A stretch of DNA of 62,426 nt, counting the filler. It is 22 parts of 22 records of this genome, joined end to end, with 100 filler letters (N's around TTAATTAATTAA, not from the genome) between each part and the next. Parts side by side here need not be neighbours in the genome. Positions count along the whole stretch, not along the records: positions 37,941 to 40,753 come from SRR16133337_70127; positions 40,854 to 43,020 come from SRR16133337_70424; positions 43,121 to 46,985 come from SRR16133337_70428; 19 more parts are not named here. One strand, 5' to 3'. Both the position numbers and the translations under genes were made by a program. This document shows positions 37,941 through 46,975 of this stretch, in pieces. Within the stretch, counting starts at the first letter, position 1. Every line of letters starts with the position of its first letter. The notes beneath the pieces are model-generated. The model made no database searches. It worked only from the letters and a program-made list of their open reading frames with translations, and had not been told where the DNA came from.

Positions 37941-38428
37941 AAATCTCATCTAAACATATACTGTTCAAAAGAAAAAGAAAAAAAAATCTTATGAATATTC
38001 CAGATTATATCTTTTCAAATTTTTTTTTTTTTATATATTAAATTTAGTCGTTTAAATTTAAAATGGTATAAAACGTATTTTAAATTTAAATTGCGTTGTA
38101 AACCTACATTAGGTATTATTATATTTTTGTTAATAAACCAATTTATTAAATAGGGCTCATTTACTTTTTTATTAAATTTTACTTTAAATTTCTTAAACTG
38201 GTATATATAATTTATTTTATTTTTTTGAATTTGATTATTAAAATATAAATAATTATTACTACTTAACGAATAATTTATAGTATTTAATGAACTTAATGGG
38301 TATTCTAAAGTTTTATTATACATATTAAATGACAAAAGCAGTTGATTATTAAAATAACTAGAGTAATTAAATCAGTTTTGATTAGCCTTTAATTTAAATA
38401 GTTGTGGGTTAATTTGATGTCTAAGTAT
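37941..38428 (-). CDS. rps3: Mitochondrial ribosomal protein S3, 5' part (TGA=Trp)
   Basis: HQINPQLFKLKANQN-TGA aligns with the S3 N-terminus GQKINPxxFRLGxxxxW. The frame has only TGA stops to the contig end. Start codon uncertain. Confidence 0.7.
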
Positions 38429-38430
38429 AA

Positions 38431-39171
38431 GAAAACACTGCAGTATACAATATAATACTAAATTTAACTATATTTCTTTATTATTTAAGTTTTTTAATAA
38501 AAATAACAATTTTTAGTTCATTTTTTATAATAATTTTACATTTTTTAGCACCTCAAATGTTTTCTAATTTTAACTTTAAAAAGTACAGTTATCAATTAAA
38601 TTATCTAATAGAATACAACATTATTTATATTTCTAAAACTATGGGAGTTCTATATTTTAACTCAATGTTATTAAAAGGGCATAAATTTTTCTTTTTAGTT
38701 TGAGCTTTTGGAAATTTAGCAGCTTACGTTGGATTTTTAACTAGTTTTAATTCTGATTGGGAAATTTTGTTTATTTGGGCTTTTGCGATATGTTTTATTA
38801 TATATATATACTGAATTTCTTTTTTTTGTGGCCAACTCTTTAATAAATGAATAAATAACTATAAAATACCTATAACTATAGGTTTTATTTTAATTTTTTT
38901 TATTGAATTGCTATCTATAATTATAAGAACTTTTAGTTTAACAACTCGACTAGCTATTAATACTTTTGCTGGGGCCCTTTATTTAATTATATTAAATAAA
39001 TTAATATTTACAACATCCTTTTCAACACATTCTTTATTATTAAATTTTTTTGGATATTTTATTATTAATTATTTAATTGTAGTAATTATATCTGAATTAA
39101 TCAAAATAACCGGGCAGTGTCTATTATTTTTAGCTTTATCTTTTTATTACCTATCTGAATCAGAAAGGTAA
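38431..39171 (+). CDS. atp6: Mitochondrial ATP synthase subunit a (TGA=Trp)
   Basis: 247-codon frame interrupted only by TGA (38701, 38812, 38848). Motifs IELLSIIIRTFSLTTRLAINTFAG and ELIKITGQ...YYL. Start codon uncertain. Confidence 0.88.
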
Positions 39172-39201
39172 ATAAAATAGAATTTGTTTAGCACTTAAAA
39201 G

Positions 39202-40752
39202 CTAACTATGTAAATTACCTTCTAAATTTAGGGTTCAAAAATTAGAAATATTTTTAAAATTATAAAAAAATAAAAATTCTTTTAATCATCATTTTAAAAA
39301 ACTTAAAAAAACTTTGTCACTTTCACTTTTTTTATAATAAACTGCTCATAAAATATACTGAAAATCCCCATTTTTAAAGTAAACTTCTAAAAGAGCTCTT
39401 CAATTTAAAGGTGATTCTATAGAAACTATCAAACCTTCAGTTACTAAAAGTCAAAATAAAATCATGTATTCTATTTTCATAGGAGCTTTAACTGGTTGTA
39501 ATCATATAGCCATGGCTACTTTACCTAATAAATACTGTGTTTTATGCTCATCTAATAATAAATCCCAACCTAACTTTATTAAAAGTTTATGAGCTGCAAA
39601 ATACTCTCTTAAAAGTTTAGGTAATCCATAACAGACTTTAGTTAATAACCAAGGCTGTGCTTTAGAACCTACCCTACTTACAGATAAATCTAGGTTTACC
39701 GCAGGCTTTATCCCTTTTAAAAATAACTTTTTATCTAAATAAATTTGACCGTCAGTAATAGAAATAATATTAGTAGCTATATAACTTGTAATGTCGTTAT
39801 TAAAAGTTTCAACTATAGGTAATGAACTTAAAGACCCAAAAAGGTTTTTCTTACTTAATTTAGCAGATCTTTCTAAAATTCTAGCATGTAAATAAAAAAC
39901 ATCTCCAGGATAGGCTTCTCTTCCAGGAGAACGTCCCATAACTAAAGACATTGTTCTATAAATAGATGCGTGGTTTAATAAATCATCATATATTACTAAA
40001 GCGTGCATCCCGTTATCACGAAAAAATTCACCATGAGTGGTACTAGATAATGCAGATAAATATTGTAATCCCATAGGGTCTGCACTAGTTGTTTTAACTA
40101 TAATTGAATATCACATAGCGTTAAATTGGGTAAGCTCATTTTGAAATTTACTAATTTCGGGATCTCTTTGACCTATAGCAGTATAAATACAAATTAAACG
40201 TTCAATTTCACTTAATGAATGAAGATTGCATCAACTATTTGACTGTCTTTGATTTAAAATTGTAGTTAAAGCTACCTGAGTTTTCCCTACACCTCTGTCA
40301 CCTAGTATCAATTGACGTTGGCCACGGCCTACTGGTATAGTGGCATCTACTATAGACCAGCCCGTTAATAATGGTTCACAAACGGGTCATCGAGCTTTTA
40401 TACCCGGGGCCTTGCATTCAACAGGCCTTATATTTGGTATATTATTAGGTAAATCATTTCAGGAGAAAAAATAACTAATATTGTCTTTTTCACCAGAAGA
40501 TACTATGTGATTTACCGGGTTTACAGTTTTCCCTAAAAAATTGGAACCCACTTCTATTGCAAGGGGCATAAAAGTTCTAATTACTTTATCGTGAGCAATG
40601 ATTTCAGAATCATTGCCATAAGCTATAATTTTAACAAAACTAGATTCTAAAATAAACACTGTTCCATATATTTTAGAATTTTCAAAATAAACATTCTCAC
40701 CTAAAGCGACTTTTAAAAGACCCTTAACTCAAACACAACCATCAAAACTTTT
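39202..40752 (-). CDS. atp1: Mitochondrial ATP synthase F1 alpha subunit, 5'-truncated (TGA=Trp)
   Basis: 517-codon frame with 12 TGA and no other stop before the final TAG. Motifs [64 protein letters not shown]. Confidence 0.95.
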
Positions 40753-40853
40753 ANNNNNNNNNNNNNNNNNNNNNNNNNNNNNNNNNNNNNNNNNNNNTTA
40801 ATTAATTAANNNNNNNNNNNNNNNNNNNNNNNNNNNNNNNNNNNNNNNNNNNN

Positions 40854-40877
40854 TTCAGACGTGTGCTCTTCCGATCT
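40854..40877 (+). other. Illumina TruSeq adapter remnant (artefact)
   Basis: TTCAGACGTGTGCTCTTCCGATCT is the 3' part of the read-2 adapter, at a contig start. Confidence 0.97.
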
Positions 40878-42939
40878 AGTCGTCACATCCAGCATTTGTA
40901 CGACAATCAAAGATTCCATCATCGCATGTACATGAAACCTCCGGTGTAATGCGACCACAACAATTTCTTTCTCCGTATTCACAAGGAATTGTTCCAGCAC
41001 ATTGGGTACCGTGTAAACTCATTGGATCTGAGCCAGGGTCAGGACAATCTATTGTTTCAAAAAAACAAACATTCTTTTTTAAAAAAGCAAAATGTACACG
41101 ATTAAAAAGCATTAGGGTTTTACATAGGGCACAACACAGATGACATCCTTCCTTTTGTATGAACACTATTGGGTGAAATAACGTCAACAAATTTAAATGT
41201 GTATTTCATTTTCGAATGGCATTCCACACAAAATTTTGAATTTTGTCAATTAAATTTAAAGATACTGTCAAAAACTATGTTTAGATAATCAATCAACATT
41301 CGTTTGAGTATTCGGGGAAAACCCATGTAATAAGAATAATAAAATTATTATTGACCAGGGTTTGTCCATTGGGATGATGGGTTGGTAAATAAGGAAGCAT
41401 TTTTTACTGTTCCACAAAAACGTACTCTTTCGCGTTTATTTTCACGATTTGTGTAAACGTCATGTCATCTATGTACTTTACTACTTAGAAGTTTCCCGTC
41501 GCCAGAACATTAGGAAAAATACAGTTCATAGCTACACGGTTAACACCAAACGTGATTTTTACACGAGCATCAAATTGTTGGGAATGATGGTACTGCGTTG
41601 GATTGATTATTTTTTTTAAAAAATAATAATTTTGAGTTTTAAAATGATTGTGAGTGTGTAAAAAGAGTCGACTCTTCTTAAAATTGTGACATTTCAAGTG
41701 GAGGACAGGCAACAATTTCATGTTACAAACTCGACACCAAATGAAAATCACAATTTAAGGAATGAGTCGAATACAAATACCAATTTACACCACGAGAATG
41801 TTCATGTAACGTACCCTCTAAAAAACAAAAACGAAAACACGAGTTACAAATTAGAAGAAGGTCGAATTTATGTTCCAAATTGCAAGTACTGTTCCAAAAA
41901 ATGATTTTTTTTAAAAATAAAATAAAATGTCCCATATGGAAACATATCATGATTTTTTGGATACTTATTCACTAAGTTACATAGTGTCTGGAGGAACAAG
42001 GCGAAAATCCCGCCGTTTACTAATGTACACCGCCTGCTGCACTGCTCTTTTAAAAGTAATTTTCAAAAGGCTAACTTCTAAAAGCCAGGTACACATCTGT
42101 ACTAAAAAAATATTTTTTGTGGTGTTGTGGAAACGGAGTACACCCATGCACCAAAAACACAACACATGGAACCTGCATTTCACAAGACGATTTATATGTT
42201 GATGAACAAGGTTTTTGTGTCTTATATAGCGGGATAGGAGCATCCGAACACAAAATAATCTTCAGTGTTTTGTTTACAACTATATCAGCAATAATATTGT
42301 GAATGTAATATTTTCTAAAAATCACAGTTTCTGATATTGTTGAGGGACTTCTATTTATAAAAATATCATGGCCATAACTCCCCCTTTTTGTTATCGAAAT
42401 CCGTGGATTCCCAGCCTAGTAGAAAATGAAATCATAACCCAACCAACAACTCCAATCTTCTTACGGTTCATTCGAGGTAAAAATTGCCCTTGAAAGGAAA
42501 GTATGATTAATAACTTTATAACCTGGTTTTCAAAAAACCAAAAATGCACTTTTCTGTCTAGAAAACAACTGATAAATCAAGTTTTAGTTATTTTATAACT
42601 TTTGTTCAACTGCCATTACCAAGTAACAGAATATGATCATTTCCACCACGTTAATACAAACCCACTTACCTGAACAACAGAAGATTTCAAAATCAGTAAT
42701 AACTGGACCTTGTTCAATCCCCGTTGCCGCACAATAATCAATCCTTCCACCAACAACAAGATCGAAATGCGCGCCACTAATTGGTCCAGGAAGGCCAAGT
42801 AATTGACGACATTGATCGGCAGCCGCACCGCCACTTGCGAAATAATCAGCATACGACTGATCACAATCAGATAACGTAAAACCGGGTATTGCGTACCAAC
42901 CAGTTGTTACAGCTGAGAGAATTACACCATTGCAGCCCT
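40878..42939 (-). CDS. Partial spliced gene, Cys-rich extracellular modular protein
   Basis: Phase-1 exon 42939-42670 (90 codons, GCNGV...EIFCCS|gtaagt) and phase-1 exon starting at 41048 (CPDP...CEYGERNCCG...CTCDDGIFDC...C). Confidence 0.6.
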
Positions 42940-43126
42940 CTATGTAAACACAAAAAACTTATTTTTTTCCGATTCAAAATGAAAATTGTGTTTTGGGGTG
43001 TAGGCACGGAAACTACGTTTNNNNNNNNNNNNNNNNNNNNNNNNNNNNNNNNNNNNNNNNNNNNTTAATTAATTAANNNNNNNNNNNNNNNNNNNNNNNN
43101 NNNNNNNNNNNNNNNNNNNNGCAAGC

Positions 43127-43741
43127 CTAAAATTTTCGGGTTTCTAACTGAGCGGAGTATCGATTCATCAACCTAGAAACATATTTTCCAATGACATCAA
43201 ATTCCAAATTTACTTCAGTTCCTTTCTTAAAAGAAGGAAAGTTTGTATGCTCGTAAGTAAAAGGTATTATTGCAACGCTAAATTTATTTTTCATAGAGTT
43301 AACAACCGTTAAACTAGTCCCATTGATTGTAATAGCACCCTTTTCTATGGTGATATTATTTTTTGAAGGGTCATATTCAAAGGTAAAAATCCAACTACCC
43401 TTTACATTTTTTATAAGAGTACAAGTAGCTGTTTGATCTACATGTCCCTGTACAAGATGTCCATCCAATCTATCACCAAGTTTCATAGCTCGTTCTAAAT
43501 TGACAAAATCGCCTATTTGTAAAGTTCTTAAATTGGTTTTATCAAGTGTTTCTTTGATAGCAGTTACTGTATAGGTGTTGTTTTCTATTTTTATGACCGT
43601 AAGGCATACTCCGTTATGAGCAATACTTTGATCTATTTTTAGTTCCGTGACAAAATCACAAGTAACAACAATATGCAAATTGTCATTTTCTTTTACAATA
43701 TTTTTTATCAAACCTAGTTTTTCTATGATACCCGTGAACAT
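43127..43741 (-). CDS. ribE: Riboflavin synthase (alpha chain)
   Basis: MFTGIIE N-terminus, SIAHNGVCLTV, VNLERAM, GHLVQGHVD, VNLEFD. Confidence 0.97.
   Translation of the reverse strand: MFTGIIEKLGLIKNIVKENDNLHIVVTCDFVTELKIDQSIAHNGVCLTVIKIENNTYTVTAIKETLDKTNLRTLQIGDFVNLERAMKLGDRLDGHLVQGHVDQTATCTLIKNVKGSWIFTFEYDPSKNNITIEKGAITINGTSLTVVNSMKNKFSVAIIPFTYEHTNFPSFKKGTEVNLEFDVIGKYVSRLMNRYSAQLETRKF
43129..43160. repeat. TATA-ended palindromic element arm (copy C) inside the ribE 3' end
   Basis: AAAATTTTCGGGTTTCTAACTGAGCGGAGTAT. Confidence 0.88.
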
Positions 43742-43803
43742 AAAATTGTCAATTTAATTGATTACTTTTGAACCCTCAAAAATAAGGATAATAAAGTACT
43801 TGA

Positions 43804-44853
43804 ATGGATAAAGAAGAAAAAATTAAAGTCGGAATTTCTATAGGAGATTTAAATGGCGTTGGGTTAGAAGTGGTTTTAAAAACCTTTTCTGATAAACGAA
43901 TTTTAGATTTTTGTACCCCCATTGTTTTTGGATCTACAAAAGTGTTTTCTTATCATAAAAAAGCGATCAATTCTGAAGTGCAAGCACAAGGTATTTCCTC
44001 TTTAGATAGAATTGTGGATGAAAAGATTAATGTGATGAATGTATGGAAAGAAGAGCTGAATATAAATCTTGGAAATCCAACTAAAGATTCAGGTTCTTAT
44101 GCTTTAAAGTCTTTAGTGGCTGCCACCAATGCTTTGAAAACAAAAAAAGTGGATGTTTTGTTAACCGCCCCCATTAGCAAAGGTAATATTCAATCAGATG
44201 AATTTAGATTTGCAGGTCACACAGAATATTTAGAATCTCAATTAGAAGGAGATAGTTTAATGATATTAATAACAGAAGGTTTACGGTTAGGTTTGATCAC
44301 AGGTCATATTCCTATTTCAAAAGTAGCACAAACCATTACCAAAGAATTGATTCAAAAGAAAGTTGATATTATGTATAATACACTGGTGCAGGATTTTGGA
44401 ATTACCAAACCAAAAATCGCGGTTCTAGGTTTGAATCCACATGGTGGAGATCATGGAGTTATTGGTAATGAAGAGGACGAGTTGATACGTCCAACCCTAT
44501 TAGAAATACAACAAAAAGGAAAATTAGTCTATGGTCCCTATGCCGCAGATGGTTTTTTTGGCTCTGAAAACTATCAAAAATTTGATGGTGTATTGGCAAT
44601 GTATCACGATCAAGGCTTGGTTGCCTTTAAAACAATCGCCTTTGGAAATGGAGTTAATTTTACTGCAGGATTATCTGAAATACGAACTTCTCCAGATCAT
44701 GGAACCGCTTTTGAAATTGCAGGAAAAAACAAAGCGGATGCCTCTTCTTTTAGAGAAGCACTATATACAAGTTTAAAAATATATAAAACAAGAGCAAATT
44801 ATATTTCATTGGTAAAAAATAGCTTAAAAAAGAAAAAAGATAGTAACGTGTAA
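43804..44853 (+). CDS. pdxA: 4-hydroxythreonine-4-phosphate dehydrogenase
   Basis: Motifs GDLNGVG, TAPISK, GHTEYL, GLNPH, AMYHDQG, RTSPDHGTAF. A TACTTTTG -7 element lies at 43763. Confidence 0.96.
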   Translation: MDKEEKIKVGISIGDLNGVGLEVVLKTFSDKRILDFCTPIVFGSTKVFSYHKKAINSEVQAQGISSLDRIVDEKINVMNVWKEELNINLGNPTKDSGSYALKSLVAATNALKTKKVDVLLTAPISKGNIQSDEFRFAGHTEYLESQLEGDSLMILITEGLRLGLITGHIPISKVAQTITKELIQKKVDIMYNTLVQDFGITKPKIAVLGLNPHGGDHGVIGNEEDELIRPTLLEIQQKGKLVYGPYAADGFFGSENYQKFDGVLAMYHDQGLVAFKTIAFGNGVNFTAGLSEIRTSPDHGTAFEIAGKNKADASSFREALYTSLKIYKTRANYISLVKNSLKKKKDSNV

Positions 44854-44885
44854 ATTTTAGTTTTTTTCTGTAAAATAAAATTTTA

Positions 44886-44893
44886 TACCTTTG
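44886..44893 (+). promoter_or_regulatory. Bacteroidota -7 promoter element for the (yceD)-rpmF unit
   Basis: TACCTTTG matches TAnnTTTG. Confidence 0.65.
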
Positions 44894-44914
44894 CATGCCT
44901 CAATAACGTTCTAA

Positions 44915-44936
44915 TATACTCCGCCTGATTAGAAAC
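44915..44936. repeat. TATA-ended palindromic element, truncated left arm (copy D)
   Basis: TATACTCCGCCTGATTAGAAAC. Confidence 0.85.
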
Positions 44937-44943
44937 GAAAGCA

Positions 44944-45013
44944 TTAGAGGAGTTAAAAATAAAAAGCACCCTATATAACAAATCCAAGATGGGATTAGTT
45001 AAAAGATTTATGA
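44944..45013 (+). pseudogene. yceD: 3' remnant of yceD/DUF177
   Basis: LEELKIK, then after a +1 shift NPRWD*LKDL. This matches the DUF177 C-terminal DPRWxxLKxL motif, at the expected position just upstream of rpmF. Confidence 0.75.
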
Positions 45014-45032
45014 ATCCATAAAAATCACTACA

Positions 45033-45227
45033 ATGGCACATCCAAAAAGAAAAATCTCCAAACAAAGAAGAGATAAAAGAAGAACTCATTACAAAGCAAC
45101 TACTCCGCAGATAGCTGTAGACCCAACAACAGGTGAAGCACACCTATATCATAGAGCTCATTGGCATGAAGGAAAATTGTATTACAAAGGACAAATTGTC
45201 ATAGATTCTATAGAAGCGGAAGCATAG
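45033..45227 (+). CDS. rpmF: 50S ribosomal protein L32
   Basis: [22 protein letters not shown]...[18 protein letters not shown], the flavobacterial Cys-free type. Confidence 0.97.
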   Translation: MAHPKRKISKQRRDKRRTHYKATTPQIAVDPTTGEAHLYHRAHWHEGKLYYKGQIVIDSIEAEA

Positions 45228-45248
45228 TTCTTTAAAAGGAATTTAGAT

Positions 45249-45278
45249 AAAAACCCTCTAAATTATGAGGGGTTTTTT
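45249..45278 (+). terminator. Intrinsic terminator after rpmF
   Basis: AAAACCCTC-loop-GAGGGGTTTTTT. Confidence 0.7.
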
Positions 45279-45397
45279 AGTTTTTTGTAGCCAAAATAAG
45301 TAATTATCGCTTCTTTTTTAACTCCATATGAAATAAATTCCATTACTTTGAATATCGATTTTTTAAGGAAAATTTTTCAAAGAAGCCTCTAAATTTT

Positions 45398-46399
45398 ATG
45401 ATTATGATTAAGAAAACTGCAGTAATTACAGCAGTAGGAAAATATGTTCCTGACTATGTTCTGACAAATAAAGAGCTAGAAACTTTAGTAGAAACCAACG
45501 ATGAATGGATTTATACCAGAACAGGAATCAGAGAAAGAAGAATTTTAAAAGATCCCAATAAAGCCACCTCTTATTTAGCCATCAAAGCCGCTCAAAATTT
45601 GATGGCTAAAAAAGGATTAGATTCTATAGAAATTGACATGGTAATTGTAGGTACTACAACTCCAGATATGAATGTTGCATCTACAGCAATTTATGTTGCT
45701 ACTCAAATAGGAGCCGTAAATGCATTTGGTTATGACTTACAAGCAGCTTGCTCTAGTTTTTTGTACGCAATGTCAGTGGCTGCCAGTTATATAGAGTCTG
45801 GAAAATATAAAAAAGTACTGGTCATTGGTGCAGATAAAATGTCATCTATTGTAGACTATACAGATAGAGCCACGTGTATTATTTTTGGAGATGGGGCAGG
45901 TGCTACACTCTTTGAAGCCAATGAAGAGGGATTGGGTTTGCAAGACGAATACCTAAGAAGTGACGGTATTGGTAGAGATTTTCTAAAAATAGAAGCAGGA
46001 GGTTCTTTGTTACCAACTTCGCAGGATACTTTAGATAAAAGACAACATTATCTTCAGCAAGAAGGGAAAACAGTATTTAAATATGCGGTTTCTAAAATGG
46101 CGGAAGCTAGTGAAAAAATATTACAACGTAATCATCTTACGAACAAAGATATTGATTGGTTGGTACCACATCAAGCAAATAAACGTATTATAGAAGCAAC
46201 CGCAAAAAGGATTCATTTAGAGATGGATAAAGTAATGATCAATATTCAAAATTATGGAAATACGACTTCTGCAACATTGCCATTGCTTTTAGCAGATTAT
46301 GAAGAAAAACTAAAAAAAGGAGATACCATTGTATTTGTTGCTTTTGGAGGTGGGTTTGCATGGGGTGCTATTTATTTGAAATGGGCATACAATTCTTAA
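45398..46399 (+). CDS. fabH: 3-oxoacyl-ACP synthase III
   Basis: AACSSF, HQAN and YGNT catalytic triad; FGDGAGA. Confidence 0.97.
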   Translation: MIMIKKTAVITAVGKYVPDYVLTNKELETLVETNDEWIYTRTGIRERRILKDPNKATSYLAIKAAQNLMAKKGLDSIEIDMVIVGTTTPDMNVASTAIYVATQIGAVNAFGYDLQAACSSFLYAMSVAASYIESGKYKKVLVIGADKMSSIVDYTDRATCIIFGDGAGATLFEANEEGLGLQDEYLRSDGIGRDFLKIEAGGSLLPTSQDTLDKRQHYLQQEGKTVFKYAVSKMAEASEKILQRNHLTNKDIDWLVPHQANKRIIEATAKRIHLEMDKVMINIQNYGNTTSATLPLLLADYEEKLKKGDTIVFVAFGGGFAWGAIYLKWAYNS

Positions 46400-46436
46400 A
46401 AAAGGGAACTTAATAACATTTATATTTAACTTACTT

Positions 46437-46922
46437 ATGGATTTAAAGGACATTCAAAATTTGATAAAGTTTATAGCCAAATCTGGTGCAAGTGAGGTGA
46501 AATTAGAAACAGAAGACATTAAAATCACTGTAAAAACAGATTCTGGTAAAACAGGGACAACTATTTTACAACAAGCTCCAATTTCTCCATCTCAGCTACC
46601 TGTAGTATCTCAAGAGATTTCTCATGGAGATCCTGTACCACAAAAAAAGAAAAGCAATTTGGCTAGTGATGACGACTCTAAGTATTTGACAATTAAATCT
46701 CCAATTATTGGGACATTTTATAGAAGGTCCTCTCCAGACAAAGCGATGTTTGTGGAAGTAGGCGATATCGTTCATGAAGATTCTATTGTTTGTGTTATTG
46801 AAGCAATGAAATTGTTTAATGAAATTGAAGCAGAGGTTTCAGGAAAAATTATAAAAATATTGGTGGAAGATTCCTCTCCAGTAGAGTTTGGACAACCCCT
46901 ATTTTTAGTAGACCCTTCCTAA
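46437..46922 (+). CDS. accB: Acetyl-CoA carboxylase biotin carboxyl carrier protein
   Basis: IEAMKLFNEI biotinylation motif; SPIIGTFY. Confidence 0.97.
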   Translation: MDLKDIQNLIKFIAKSGASEVKLETEDIKITVKTDSGKTGTTILQQAPISPSQLPVVSQEISHGDPVPQKKKSNLASDDDSKYLTIKSPIIGTFYRRSSPDKAMFVEVGDIVHEDSIVCVIEAMKLFNEIEAEVSGKIIKILVEDSSPVEFGQPLFLVDPS

Positions 46923-46975
46923 GTGAGCGGAGTATACTCCGCCCGGTTAGAAACTCCAAAATTTTGGGGTTTCTA
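46917..46975. repeat. Back-to-back arms of the palindromic element sharing one TATA (copy E)
   Basis: TCCTAAGTGAGCGGAG-TATA-CTCCGCCCGGTTAGAAACTCCAAAATTTTGGGGTTTCTA, near the contig end. Confidence 0.88.

Noticed and set aside
38329-38430. TAA/TAG=Gln extension of atp6 (VVG*FDV resembling EQFEI)
   Set aside because: These stops lie opposite the rps3 coding region, and atp1 has no internal TAA/TAG in 517 codons while using CAA/CAG for Gln.
39502-40659. atp1 as a fragmented pseudogene
   Set aside because: All interruptions are TGA in one frame with no frameshifts, which recoding explains better.
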